From: Narcine bancroftii
Taxonomy: Eukaryota
Length of the DNA stretch: 64,000 nucleotides
Assembly: GCF_036971445.1 (NCBI RefSeq)
Contig: NC_091470.1
Span: forward strand, 187,302,001 to 187,366,000
Reading direction: 5' to 3'
The notes under the pieces: generated by a model
What the model was told of the DNA's origin: nothing
Database searches by the model: none
The model's input: the letters and a program-made list of their open reading frames with translations, nothing else
Shown: in pieces, positions 12,001-27,000 of the stretch
How the letters are laid out: each line of letters opens with the position of its first letter
How positions within the stretch are numbered: position 1 is the stretch's first letter
Made by a program: the position numbers and the translations under genes

Positions 12001-15000
12001 GGGGGGGGGGGGGGGGGGAGGGGGGGTGGGGGGGTGGGGAGAGAATGTACCAACTCCTGACAGACGTGAGATTCCAACCCCAGTCCCAATCACTGGCACT
12101 GTAACAACGTGGTGTGAAAACTGTGCCACCATCCCACCTTCTAAAAGTAACAGGGTTTGGTAGGTTAATTGGGGTGGCACAGGTTTCAAGGACCAAAAGA
12201 ATCATCTACCATGCTATATAATTGAAATAAAAAGCAGTAGTTATTGCTACAAATGTCCAGAAGCTTGGTTAAAGAGACCAGTTTTAAGTGGGACAAGTTT
12301 TAGTGAGAGAACCCAGGAAGCTCCTCCACTCAATCAGATCAAACCTTGTCCTCATTACAATGCTCGTGCCCCTACCCCATAACCCTAAACTATACCCACA
12401 GACCATTATCTACTTTGGGCTTCTCTGCAATAGGGTCTCTGCGGATCCCTTGAGGTAGGGTGAGGGGAGAATCTCCTCGTCTCTTAGTTTAAATGAGCAA
12501 CTCCTTTTCTGAGAAACTATGCCCAACACATTGACGATGTTAAGGGCCTTATGAATTTCAAGGGAATAAACTCATTCTTCTCAGCTCCTGTGAATGTCAG
12601 CCCAACTTGACGCAAGATAATCCCAGGAATGAATATAGTGAAGTTTCTCTGAACTGCCCGCTAGGGTAAATATACCACCGAGAGATTTAAAAAATAGCGA
12701 GAGGCAAAGGTAAGTTTTTTCCTCAAAATTAGAGGGCAGAGGTTCAAAGTGAGAGAGGAATTATTAAAAGGGGTTGAAACTTAAAAGTTTTCAGCTGCTG
12801 TGATTCTAGTAACAACGCACAGAAATGCTGCAGGAACTCAGCCGGTCTCGCTGACATATATTCCCCTCTCCTCTTTCTGCCATCATGACTACTTCACCCA
12901 TTCCTCCATCCCCACCGACCGTCCCCTTGGCACTTACCCTGGTGACTGCAAGAGGTGGTCCACTTACACCCACACCTCCTCCTTCACCGCCACTGCAGCC
13001 CTTCCAAGTGAATCTGCAGGGGGTTCCCTATTCATCCGGTGCAACTGTTGTGGTCTCCTCTACGTTGGAGAGACTGGGTGATCGCTTCATTGAGCACCTC
13101 GACTCTGTCCGCCACAATAGCGTGGATCTCCCGGTGGCCACCCATTTCAATTTACCGACCCACTTCCTTGCTGGCATGTCTGTCCATGGTCTCGGGCACT
13201 GCCAGACTAAGGCCACCCCCAGATTGAAGGAGCAACACCCCATCTTCCATCTGGGTACCCTCCAACTGTTTGAGCCCCTTCATCTTCCTCCCTGCCTCCT
13301 TTCCTCTAGTTTTCTCTCTTCCCTTGTCTTCATTCAGAGCCAAAATCAATTCTCACTTTTCCTCATATCCAATTAACACCGATTGATCTGGACTCCGCCA
13401 CCCCCCCCCCCCCCCCCACCGCGACCCCCCTAACCATTCTTCCCCCTTTCTCTCCCCAATCTTTAATTCAGGTGCCTGCCTGCTTTTTGCTTACACCCCC
13501 CCCCCCCCACCTCCAGTTTTAATTCCATACGGAATATTTTGGAAAGTCAAGGACCAAGAGCTCAAGCCTGAAACATGGGTAATATATCTTTACCACCACT
13601 GGACGCTGCGAGACCTGCTGACTTCCTCCAGCAAGTCTGAAGATTTCACAGGAACCTGAAGCATAACAAAGGATGGTGGTGGTGGGATGTGGAGTGAGCT
13701 GCCAGAGGAAGTGTTGACAATTACAATGATTAAAAGACCTTTAGGCGGTGATGTGGATTGGAAAGATTTCCAGGGACGTGGACCAACCCAATGTGGGCAA
13801 ATGGAACTAACTCAGATAGCCAGCTTGACCGGTGTGGAGGGTTTGGGCAGATTTAGTATTTGTGCTGCAGTAATTTGACCTCCTCAAATAAGGAGATGAG
13901 GTGTACAGGTGATGGTCAAATTAAGAGCATGAGGTGGTGGGGGTGGCTGAAGAGAACTGGAAAGCCTGAGGGAAGAGGGGCCCAGGTGGGAAGGCAGAAG
14001 GAACTTCACTGGAGATACCTTTGGGAAGTGGTTGAGCTGTGGTTCGACTGGTGGTCCCTGCTTCCGAGGACTGGGGTTCAAAGCCCAGGCAGATCTCCTC
14101 GGGTTTGCAGGGTGCCTCTCTGCTGTTCGAACTGTCCTCCCGGATGGGTGAACCTGTGTCAGCTTCTGCCTCAGGGGTCTCTGAAACAGCATCCTGACCG
14201 GTGCCGGAGCAAGGCGATTCCTTGTTGTTCTGTGAGGCAATGTTTCCCATCAGGACGCCAGTCTTCACCGTCAGATTTGTCCCCTGTCCCAGTCTCCTGG
14301 AGGCTGTTTCATTCACGTCACCAGTGCCTGCAGAAGTAAAAGCCCCACCACGTTTATTCCCTGGATTATAGAGCATGTGCACATCACACCCTCTCCCCAG
14401 TGATACCCAACATAAGGGAGAGACAAGGGAGGCAAAGGTGTGAAATTAGAACCATAGAACCTAGAACATTACAGCACAGAAAACAGGCCCTCTGGCCTTT
14501 CCAGTCCATGCTGAGTTATTTTGCTGCCTGGTCCCACTGTCCTCAATACCACTCCCATCCACCTCCAGGTGCTCCTCATCTTACGATAGGGTCACATTCC
14601 GGCAAACACATTGTAAGTCGATAAAGAATCTCACACCTCCCACACTATAAAACCCATTAAGGCACACAGCTGAAAGCACACTGGACTTGAAGAATATATG
14701 AAACATCGAACTAAAATTAACTGCTGGATGGTGGCGATGCGCAGGAACAGATCGGAATTCAAAATTGAAAGTACGGATTCAAACCAATTGTAAGTCGGAT
14801 CATCGGAAGAAGGGGAGCCCCTGAACCTGTCCAAATTAAATGTTAAAATTGAACCCACATTCACCACTTCAGCTGGCAGGTCGTTCCACACTCCTGCTAC
14901 TCACTCTCTTAATTTTTTCCCCTTTTACTCATGACCTCTAGTTTGTATCTCACCTCCCCTTAATGGAAAATGCTCACCTATATTGACTGTCTATACCCCT

Positions 15001-18000
15001 CATAATTTTAAATACCTCTGTCAAATCTCCCCTCATTCTTCTACACTCCAGAGAATAAATTCCTAATCTGTTTAACCTTTCCCTGTAACTCAGTTCCTAA
15101 AGTCCCAGCAACATCTCCTCTGCACTCTTTCAATCTTCTTGACCTCTTTCCTGTAGTTCAGTGACCAAAACTGCACGCAATTCTCCAAATTTGGCCTCAC
15201 CAATGTCTTTTATAACTTTACCAGAACATCCCAACTCCTGAACTCAATACTTTGATTTATAAAGGCCAATGTGCCAAAAACTCTCTTTATAACCCTATCC
15301 ACCTGTGATGCCACTTTCAAGGAACTATGTATCTCTCTGTATTCCCAGATCCCTCTGTTCTACTGCGCTCCTCAGTGCACTACCATTGACCACATACATC
15401 CTTTCTTGGTTTGTCCTTCCAAAATGCAACACCTCACACTTGTCTGCATTAAATTCCATCTGCCATTTTGCAGCCCACTTTTCCAGCTGGTCCAGATCCC
15501 TCTGCAAGCTTTGAAAACCTTCCTCGCTGTCCGCTACGCCTCCAATCTTTATCCCATCTGCAAACTTGCTGATCCAATTTACCACATTATCATCCAGATC
15601 ATTTAATTGATATAGATGATGGTCCCAGCACCGATCCCTGAGGCACACCCCTAGACACAGGCCTCCAGTCTGAGAAGCATCATCCACTACTACTCTCTGG
15701 CTTTTCCCCTATACCCAATGTCGAATCCAGTTCACTACTTCACCATGTCTGACTTTTACAGAATAATCGCTGAGAATTAACCGCATTATTATACAAGAAA
15801 AGCCCTGTTATCCGGAATTCAGCAACTGGCAGCCTCAAGCGACTGACCAAAAAAAATTGCAGAAAATAAATAGGTAAAAAATACAGAAGAGTAAAATTGG
15901 CACGCCTCGCCATTAGTTCTCCAATTCACGCAACGCATAATCTCAAACAACCAGAAAATTTACTTATCCAGCAATGACCAATCCCCATAGGGGTTTGACT
16001 GTCTGGAGTCCAGAGGACCCCAAAACCCAGCAGCAATAGATATGCACCACGACAAAGAGTAACTTAAACAAAACTTGCTTTTAATTATCTTTGCACATGA
16101 AAACAGAATCAAACTTTAACTTATTACTATCAACTTACTTAACCTCCCTCCAATTCTAAGCGTACGTGTGAATAATGTGTATGTAAGTGTTGAAAAGTTA
16201 TTTGGTTCACAGTCCAATCTCACTGGTTGCAGGCCATTCTTGTTCTGTGCACAGAAGTTAGCATTAATAAAGTTCACCAGGCTTTGGTGCTTAACAGGCA
16301 AATGGTTACCACTCTCAGGAGGGTTCATGTTGGTTTTCAGAGATTCCTTTTGTTCCAGGACATCCGCACCTGATTCCTTTTTAATCAGTCTTGCTGATGG
16401 AACTTCTCCCCTTCAGGGTTCTCCAGATGATCCTCTTTCTTTCGGGTCACCACAGAGTCCCTTTCAAACAGCCAGTCTTCTCCTTCCAAAGTTTGCCAGC
16501 TTGTCCCTCTGGAACTGAAGCCTCTGTCTCTCTCCTCTCTCTCTCTCACTCTCTACCTCTCTTTTTTTTTTTTTTTTTAATTTTTTTTATTTTTCACACC
16601 ATAAATCACATTAGCCATGATATACACAATTTCTTTTTCACACATATACAGTGACTTTTTCTCCCCCCCCCCTTTCCTCCCAAACCACCCCCCCACCCCC
16701 CCTCTCATCCATTTTAGGTATACAATCTAGGTTGCATTAATCCAGTCAGACAATGTTGTCATTCAACAAAATTACACCAGAAATTCTACTGAGTCCATTC
16801 TTTTCTTTCCTTCTCCTTCCATCAACTTAGGTAATGTTTGTCCCCGGTAGGTTTTCGCTATTGTATTTAATGTAAGGCTCCTATACTTGTTCGAATATTT
16901 CAATATTATTTCTTAACCAATATGTTATTTTTTCTAATGGAATACATTTATTCATTTAAATTTGGTAGTTTATTCCTTTTAATTTGGTTATGTATTCCAT
17001 TAATATTTAAAGACATATAGTTCAGCGTAGCCCTTTTATATTTTGTTTATCTTCTCTTTCCGTTTTTCCATCATTACCTTTCCTCCTTTTCCATTTCTGT
17101 TTTCTTATTTTCAACTCTTTATAAGACAACATTCCTACAACATCCAACATTTTCCTTATTCTCCTATTTCTATCTTATTTATTCCCAATCTCCCATTCAC
17201 CTCCTGAGTTGTCCTTTATCCCTTGTCGGACAACCACATCTCCCCTCTCCATTTGGATTTGCGAATCCACTCGCAAGCGTCAACTGATTTTGCAGTGACC
17301 GCTATTTCCCCCCACCCCGCCTCCCCCAGAAAAGATTTCACTTTTCATATGTCACAAAGGTCACTCTTTTAATTCCCTCCTTATTCTCTCTATTCCATTA
17401 CCTTCCCTTATTAATTCTTGTCTATACTATCTATATTTTCCTCTAAGTACAGATACATTCACGTATGCTCCTTGTCTCTATTCACTCTTATACCTCTTTA
17501 CCCGCATACATATCAATCGTGATCATTTTTACTCTCATTACCCGTCTTCATCCCTCAGTCTATTTTTGTCTTTACCCACATACATATCAATTGTGATCAT
17601 CTTAACTCTCATTACCCGTCTTCCTCCCTCAGTCTATTTTTGTAATTGTTCTGCAAATTTTCGTGCTTCTTCTGGATCCGAGAATAGTCTGTTTTGTTGT
17701 CCTGGAATAAATATTTTCAATACCGCTGGATGCTTTAGTATGAATTTATACCCTTTCTTCCATAAAATCGCCTTTGCTGTATTGAACTCTTTTCTCTTCT
17801 TTAGGAGTTCAAAACTTATATCTGGATAAATGAAGATTTTTTGCCCTTTATACTCCAGTGGTTTGTTGCCCTCTCTTACTTTTTCCATTGTCTTCTCCAG
17901 TACCTTTTCTCTTGTAGTATATCTTAGGAATTTTACTACAATCGATCTTGGTTTTTGTTGTGGTTGTGGTTTAGAGGCCAATACTCTATGTGCCCTTTCT

Positions 18001-21000
18001 ATTTCCAATTCTTGCTGTAGTTCTGGACATCCTAGGGTCTTAGGGATCCACTCTTTTATAAACTCCCTCATATTCTTGCCTTCTTCATCTTCCTTAAGGC
18101 CCACTATCTTTATGTTATTTCTTCTGTTATGGTTTTCCATTGTATCTATTTTTTGAGCTAGTAGTTCTTGTGTCTCTTTAGTTTTTTTATTAGATTTCTC
18201 CAATTTCTTTTTTAAGTCTTCTACCTCCATTTCTGCTGCTACTGCCCGCTCTTCCATCTTGTCCATTTTCTTTCCCATTTCTGTTAAGGTCATCTCCATT
18301 TTATTTATTTTCTCTTCTGTGTTGTTTATTCTTTTTCTTAAATCCTTAAATTCCTGTGTTTGCCATTCTTTAAATGATTCCATGTATCCTCTAATAAGAG
18401 CAAGTATATCCTTTACCTTGCCTCTCTTTTCTTCTATTTCACCATACTCTTCCTCTTCTTCTTCCTCTGGGTTGGTCATCTGTTGTTTCTTTGTTGCCCT
18501 TTCCTCCTCTTCTATCTTGTTTCTGTTGTCTTCTGTGGTCTCTTCTTGCTGCAGGTGTTCTGCAGCTGTCGTTGCCGGCTGTGGAGATCGACTCCCCAGC
18601 TGGTCCCCCCTCCCGTCGGTGTGTTTTTTTTCATTCGCATCGCGCATGCGCGAAGTTTCGCGCATGCGCGGTTGCGCACTTTTACTCGGCTCTGCGAGCC
18701 ATTTTTGTAGTCCATTATTTACCGACCTGAGGGAGCGGGTTTCTCTCTCCGCAGTGGGCCTCTTCGGACAGGTAAGGCCTTCACCTTTTTCCTCCTTTGT
18801 CTTCTCTTCCTCTCTTCTTACCGTTGCTTTCGACTTTTCTTTTTTTGTCGCCATCTTCTTTCCACCTTTATACTCACTTTTCTGTAACTTTTATTTCTGT
18901 GCCTTTGTGTTTTCTCTCGTTTTTCCCGACTTTTCTGGAGAGGGCTGGAGTTCACCGTCCGGCCACTACTCCATCGCGTGACTCCTCTCTCTCTCTCCCT
19001 CTCTGAGACCAAAGCTGTTCTGCCTCTGTCTGCCAAGATCACATGCTCTTCCAGACAAGCTGCTGCAGTATGTTGCTACTTTGTTGCCTTTTGCAAACTA
19101 GCACTCACATTTTCTGTGCAATCTGCTCTAACAATCATCCCAACCACTTGTAAATGCTCTGTCACACCACACACACAGCGTTCCTCTGGAGGGAAACAGC
19201 ACATTTTGAATACGGGAGATCTCTGGTTCTGGCTGCACTCTGGAATGCCCAAGCCTGCCTTCCTCTTCCAGCTCACCAGAGAGGTCCTTTTACCCTAGCT
19301 TAATAGAGTTGAATATAAAGTCTGCAGATGCTGGGGAGGAGTGCAATGCACAAAATGTGCTGGAGAAACTCAGGCCATGCAGCTTCCATAGGAAGTGAAG
19401 GGTAACCAATGGTGTTTAGGTTTGCGGTGCAGCAGGCTATCAAGAAGGCAAATGGAGTGCTGGTCTTCATTGCTAGAGGGATTGAATTTAGGAGCAGGGA
19501 GGTTATGCTGCAACTGTACAAGGTATTGGTGAGACTGCATCTGGGGAACTGCATGCAGTTCTGGTTTCCTTATTTGAGGAAGGATGTACTGGCTTTGGAG
19601 GTGGTGCAGAAGAGTTCACCAGGTTGATTCCAGGATGAAAGGGATAGCCTATGAGGAGAGAGTGGGTTGTCTGGGACTGTACTCACTTGAATTTAGGAGA
19701 ATGAGAAGGAATCTCATAGAAATGTATAAAATTATGAAAGGTTGTTGCCATTGGTGGTGGAGACCAGAATTAGGGGACATAGCCTCAAGATTCAGGGTAG
19801 TAGATTTAGGACGGAGATGAGGAGGAACTGCTTTTCCCAGAGGATGGAATTCTCTGCCCGTTGGAAGCAGTGGAGGTGACCTCAGTAAATACACTTAAGA
19901 CGAGGTTGGATTAAAAAAAAACATGGTTGGCGTAGTGGTTAACGCAATGCCTTTACAGCTCCAGCAATCGGGATCGGACCAGACTTTGAATCCCACACTG
20001 TCTGTAAGGAGTTTGTATGTTCTCCCCGTGTCTGTGTGGGTTCTCTCCAAGGGCTCTGGTTTCCTCCACCGTTCAAAATGTACCAGGGGTGTCGGTTAAT
20101 AGGCTTCGCCTGATCCTGTCTCCCTGGGCAGCTCACTCTCAGACCAGAAATAACAGGTAACTGACCTCGAGTAGTTAAAGCTAGCATCGTTGACTAAATT
20201 GCATAAAAACTGTAGACAACATTAAAATAGAGATAAGAATACGCATTGGAGAAGAGCTGGTTGCCCTTAAGTGGAAGGTACAGACCGTAAAAAAAAGGCA
20301 ACTTGTGACTGAAAAAGTATCCAGACTGAGAGAAATTAAAGACATTGTTGGGGAAATAGAACACTCAATGTCAGGGTGTACCAATGTAGGATATTAGCTA
20401 TAGAATATCTAATTTGGGGAATTATGATGAAGAAACTATCACACAGACTTTTCCAGTAAGAAAGATAGGAGGGAGAGGAGAAAAGAGAGAAACCAAGGAC
20501 AGAATCAATTTTCATCTATTTTGCTGAGCCATTTCCGAATGCCTGCCTGGTCTCTTTAACACAACAGTGCTAACTGACTACTACCTGCTAGACGTGATCT
20601 AAAGGCTGCAATAAATGTCCAGCACCACTCAGTCCCTGAATGGCATTGTTTCAGTGTTGAAGTTTTGGTCACCATTGTCAACTTCAAGAATCTAAAGCCG
20701 CTTTCAGGTGGAATCGCCGGGAGAATGCGGCTCTGGAGCCAGCTGCAGGTGTCTGCGAAGGGACGTTCAGGTGGCAGTGCTGAAGGCGGTGTTCTTCACC
20801 TGAAAGGTCCGCAACAGGGACAGGTGTCATGGAGCAAACGCCGGCTCCTGAGCCGGGGAAGAGACAACTGGTTGACAGCACCCCTCCCCGCTGCCGACAA
20901 CCCCCCTCCCTGTGCTTGACAGAACCTCGGCACAGGACTACGGGGCTAGGGCAGCCGGGGGTCTGTCAGGCAGCGGGGCTGTCAGGCACGGGGGGGGTTG

Positions 21001-24000
21001 GCTCACCGGCTGACTGTCATCACCCTGCTAGGCACCTGAAAGCTGCTGGCTGCTTTGCCTTGCTGCTTTCAGGTGCCAAGGGAAAGCCCTCAGAAGCGGA
21101 GAATATACCTCCCCGAGGTGGGTTGAGTAAGTGTTCCTCGGGGACAGCTTCTCCGCTTTCAGGTGGCCTCCCGACAGCAGCATTCGGGTATTCTAGGTGG
21201 CTTTACATTCAGGTATTCTGGCCACCTGAAAGCAGCCTAAGATTACTAGGAAACTAGCCATTAACGTGTGTAAATTGGAATCCAGAAATTAGCCAGCCAG
21301 AGAATAGATACTAATGTATACTGTGAGGAACCCTTCCAGACTTCTGTTGATTTTTTGTAGACCAGAAGGATGTTCTTAATTATAACTGGTACCTAAGATT
21401 AAATGGCCAACAACAAAATCATTTCCCTGTGTTTAGGAAGAGGATATGCAAAATGTAAAACATAACCTTCAAAGAAACATTATCCAATTTGTATGCAGGA
21501 AAATGCCTTAAATATTGCACCCTGTGACTGTGTTCTTTGAATGAGACCAAACAGTCTTAGTGAGGTGACCTTGTCTACCCAACACTACAGACTGCTCATT
21601 CCTGCTGGCGTTATTCAAATTAAGGTCTGTTTGAATTGTACTGTGTGGCTTGGTTGTACTTTTCGTATCTTGACTTTAACGCCATGGCATCTGCTCAATG
21701 CAAAAGAAAATTAAAACTCACTGCCGACAATGCTGAAACTGGAAAATAGATGTGAGGATTTGGATGCGAGGTCCCAGAGAAATAACAACTCAGGATAGTG
21801 GGGGGGGGTTCCCCGAAGGAACTGGCAGCACCCAGTATCTTGAGGGAAAAAGAGAAACCTCAAAGATTTTACATTTGTTACATAATGGATCATTAAAATG
21901 GAGATACGTATTGGAGAAGAGCTGGATGAAGACCGTAGAAAGGCAATGTGTAGCTAAGAAAGTATCCATGGACAACAGACAATGGACAAATGTTGCTGCC
22001 ATTTTGAACAACTACTAGACTAGACTACACTTTTTCTCATTTGATTCTATATCAGATAAAAGTTTGTTTAATTAAGAATGATTATATTACAGAATATGAT
22101 GTCCGAGAATTGTAAATTCCCTTTTATTTTAAATAAGGGTAATTTTTTTTTAATAACGTACTAACAAGTAATTATATTTTCTTCTTCCTCTTTTTTTTGT
22201 GCGGGGGGGGGGGGGAACCACCTTGGCACTTACACTCAATCAGGGTGGTGCAGCCCACAAAATCTAAATGAATCCAAGCACTCCTGGCGGGGAGAGAACG
22301 CCTATCAGATTTCTCAGGTGGAATGTCAGAGGAATGGGAAGCCCTGTCAAAAGATTCAAAGTTTTTTACCATCTGAACCGGTTAAATAGAAATTGAGGAG
22401 AACCCATGGGAAGAAGCTATCGAGAGAATTCGTTCTACTGCACGTCCTGCGCTTGCTTGGGACTCATTCCGTTCAAGGAGCTGCACAGAGTTCACTTTTT
22501 AAAATCCAGACTGTCAGCCATTTATCCTGAAATAGAGGACAAATGCAATAGGTATAATGCTCCCCCCACCCCTGCCACCTAAGTTTTATCAGTGCCCCAA
22601 AATACAGGGGTTCTGAAGCAGAGTCTTTAGCACAATATCGAAAAAGACCAGATTCTTCAACACACTATCCAGTTAATTTGTAACCCTGCCTGCTGGAATC
22701 TTCATCAAATCCCTCAGTTCCCGACGCGATGGCATTTACATCCCTATTAGCCAAGCACCTAACCTTGTTACACTGGAAGTGTGATAGGGGTCCTTCTATT
22801 ACACAATGGATTAAGGATATGTTTCTTTATTAAACTGGAGAAAATCAAATACGCATTAAGAGGGTCTTCCAGAATACCTTTCCACAAATGGCAACCCTTT
22901 ATGTGTTATTTCTCTGAATTACGATCGGTAATATGCCGATGATGCAGTCAGCAAAGGAGCCAAGGTGATCAGATGTGTACCTGGGAGTGTATGTGAACAT
23001 TTCTGTATGTGTGTGGAGGGGCACAACGTACATTGAGGAGATACTCAATAAATATATTTTGAAAAAAAAAGAAAATTTCAGACACAGTGGGAAAATGAAT
23101 ATCGTATATGCCAGCATATAGGATGACTCTGTATAGGACACCCCCCCCCCTCCCCCAGATTTTCCACCTAAAATGTAGGTTTTGAGCTATCCCCTTTGTA
23201 TAGGGCAACCACCTCCCCCCCCCCCACCCACCCAAAGAAAAATCTGGCACTTACCACTGACCGTTGGAGTGATGCTGTCACAATACTTTAATACCAAATT
23301 ACCCTGTAAAGGTTTTAATTTTATTAGCATATTTTAAAATAAACTACCATCGGCAACTGTGACAAACTGTTTAAAGCCTGCACAGAACTGACAATGGGAT
23401 GGACCCCGCGGGGGAGCACTGAGAATTTGTGGGACAAGTGCAGGTTTGCCCCACTGAAATAAGTGCACATTCTTTTTGCCATGGAAGGTGTGCCTGACCG
23501 GGACCCTGGCGTGGAGGTGAGTCAGGTTGTCAATGCGAACTGGGATCCTGGTGTGGAGGTGTGTCATATTGGGACGGAGATTCCACTGGAGCACCGTGAG
23601 TGCTTAGTTAATTATTTATAGCGGAAGTTGACCAACCTACGGCCCCTAAGGCTAGCTGCAGCCTGTTGCACATTTTAAATAACTACTAGACCGACTGTTG
23701 CAATGTTATTCATCAATGAAAGCGTTTACCTCAGTTAAAAAAAAAACATTTATCTCAGTTGATTGAACACAGCAGAACTAAAAGGACGGAAAATAGCAAG
23801 GGGGATGCCAAAAGTTTTAGACACAGTGGGAATACTTTTTCACAGAAGTCAAGGGGAAGTGTGTTTGTTTGATTTGCAAGGAATGTGTTAACTTTAATAG
23901 TCTGTCCAGAGATTTGCACGTTGCATCATTAAGATGGACACTTGGGCCATGAACTGTATTCACTGAGAGGTGGCCTTGTCCCTTTCTTGATCTTTTCTCC

Positions 24001-27000
24001 TGTTTTTATTTTGCACCCAGCTTTTTATTTTGCATGAGAATTTTAAAGAGTTTGATTGTATTCATTTAAATTAAATTTACGAGCAGCAGATACCGAAACG
24101 CCCACTGTAATATGTGAGCACATCAATAAACTACTGTAATGTCAGCAGTTAAACTGTTCAGTGCTGTCAGTTTGATCGAAAATAAATTTTCGATGGCGCG
24201 GGGGTTTTCTGGTCTAAAAACACAATTTTGTTTTTGCAGTGTAACTGGTTGAAAACTACTGGGATTAACAGTGTTTGGCCCGTGACTCCTTATATTTTTC
24301 TGTATGTGCTCCACAACCAAGACAGTTTGGCCACCCCTGGCCTAGATCAGCCATTCTCAACCTTTTATTTTGGCTAAGGCTCCTGGCCCCCTTAGGATTC
24401 TGCTCAAAGTTTATGGGCCTCCTTCCCTGTAAAACAGACATGTTCAGATGTTTTTTTTTCCCTGTACTTTCCTCCAACCAACAACTTAAAGATATTTAAT
24501 GACTTAATTCCGCACCCCCCCCCCCACCCCAAGAAGGTCTTGCAGTGCCCATTGAGAATGGCTGGTCTAGATCACGTCAAGACATGGCAAAAGAGAGAAC
24601 GTCATATCACAGCTGCATGCTCCCTGAGAAGCAGTCCATTATTAGCTTAGGAGCACAGCTTGGGGTTCTTGGCAGCTTTCTGCCTCACTGACCACTTGCC
24701 CATTATACAGATACCTTCCCCATACAGTGAGACAACCAAAGCCCTTGGTTACAACCGACACGATGCACACATTACCCTTCCCCCCCACCGGGATTTCGCC
24801 GTGGTTGAATTGACTGATAAGACCCCGCTGGGCATATTGAGAAAGCGGCCTCACCAATACTTCCTTTGCTGATGCCGCTCGCTTCCAGTCTGGCGGTCTC
24901 TGGTTCTGCCGCAGTCTGGGATGTGGTGCTGGCTTCGCACTGGGATGAAGAGGAAAGAAAGGAGTAACTCAGAGAGGTTTTTTAAGGCCATAAGACATTG
25001 CAGCAGAAATAGGCTATTCAGCCCAACGACTCCACCCTGCCATTTAATCATGAGCTGATCCATTTCCCCACTCAGCCCCACTGCCTGGCCTTCACCCCAT
25101 AACCTTTGATGTCCTGGCTAATCAAGAACCTATCACACCAGCTCGTTTATTATCATCTGAATGTACAAGTACAACCGGACAAAACAGTCCTCGGTGAAAA
25201 ACGCGCAGACACAAAACCAGATGTTACACATATTACAGACAAACAATACCACATGCAGGACAAGTATTCATTAATACAAATAAATAAATGATGGTCCATG
25301 ACCCTGAGAGACTCAGATGATCAGTGCGAGCAGTTCCTTTGGTCATTCAGCATTGTCACTGCCCATGGGAAGAAGCTGTTCCTCAGCCTGGCGGTGCTGG
25401 CTCTGATCCTCCTGGATCTCTTTTCCGATGGGAGCAGCTAATGATGCTGTGTGCGGGGAGGAAGGGGCCCTCCACAATTTTATGCGCCCTCTTTAGACAA
25501 CGATCCTGGTAGACAACGTTGATGGGGAGGGGGGGGGGAGAGGGAGGGAGACTCCAGTGATCCTCTCTGCCGCTCTTGTGGTCCTGTGGATTGACCTCTG
25601 ATCCATTTCTCTGCAGCAACCTGTGATGTAGTCGGCCAGGACACTCTTGATAGAGCTCCTGTAGAAAGTTGACATATCAACCTCTGTCTTAAATACACCC
25701 AATGACGTAGCCTCCACAGCTGACGGTAACAACAGATTCACCAGCTTCTGGCTAAAGAATTATATTGTTCTAAGTGGACACCCTTTGATCCTGAAATTGT
25801 GCCCTCTTGTCCCAGACTCTCCCACCGTGGGGAACAAGCTTTCTGCATCTATTCTGTCCATGCCTTTCAACATTTGGAATGTTTCAATGTGATCCCCTCA
25901 TTCTCCTTTCCATCACTAAAAGGAAAGCAAACTGTTCAAGATTTATCAACGATTCCACACTCCTGGCGAGTGGTCCAAAAAACAATGAGATCATAAAAAG
26001 ACCGTGTACCATTTGCCTTTTTTGCCTGCGCCTCCATGATAATATCGAATAACGAGGCCATTCAGCCCCAATCCTCCTGTTCAGCATTTCTGTTCCATAT
26101 GAACCCCTAGCCATCTTTATTCCTCAGTACCTGACCCATCCCCCAAGCTTTATTGCTTTTGGTAGGGGGTATACGAGCGTGAGTGGGACATGGGATCGTG
26201 CCGGGGAAGGGAACACAATGGAGATGATTAACCGTGCCAAATCGACAAGCAGTGGTGTCAAGGGTCACTCATCAGCCAATGTTCTGCATTCTCACAGGAG
26301 AACAAGGCGTCCTGCTCTGAGGGACACAATGAGGTGAGATACCGAAGCTCTGTCTATAGAACACTACAGCACTGTACAGACCCTTCGGCCCTCAACGTTG
26401 TGCCAACCAACCTACTTCATAACCCTCTATTTTTCTTTCATTCAGGAGGCTAAGAGTCTCTTACCAGGCAACGTCCTGGTAAATCTCTCCATAGCTTCCA
26501 CATCCTTCCTGTAACGAGGTGACCAGATCTGAACACAATACTCTTAAGTATGGTTGCACCAGAGATTTGTAGAGTTGCAACATGACCTCTCAACTCTTGA
26601 ACTCAATCCCCCGACTAATGAAGCCCAGCGTCCCATAGACCTTCTTAACTCTATCAACTTGCGTGGCCTCCTTCAGAAATGTATGGATTTGGACCTCTAG
26701 TTCATCTAATAAGCCACACTACCTGCTCTGCTTTGTGTCAGACCAGCCTGTCTGCTCGCCATCAGGCTCCTCGTTTCTCTGGCTTAAAGCCATGCTTCTC
26801 TTTTAGTGATGAGAACTCCTTTCCTGAAACTGATTTTCACCAGCCCCAGTCTTCTCAATATTAATCATCCAAATAGCAATTATACCCAGAGTGGCGAGTT
26901 CTCCAACAGAGGGCTTTGCCCTCCAGTACGTGCTGACTTCCCAAGACGAATGCTCCTGCTGCCACAGGCTCAGGAGGTTTGGAACCCAAGTGCTTGCGGC

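Larger units (their letters stand above)
16000..19166. mobile_element. Related solo LTR split by a nested L1-derived insertion
   Basis: Shares cagaggaccccaaaacccagcagcaatagatat with 494-1500. It is interrupted at its (CT)n tract (about 16560 / 18985) and resumes to ...tgtcaca. Confidence 0.6.
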
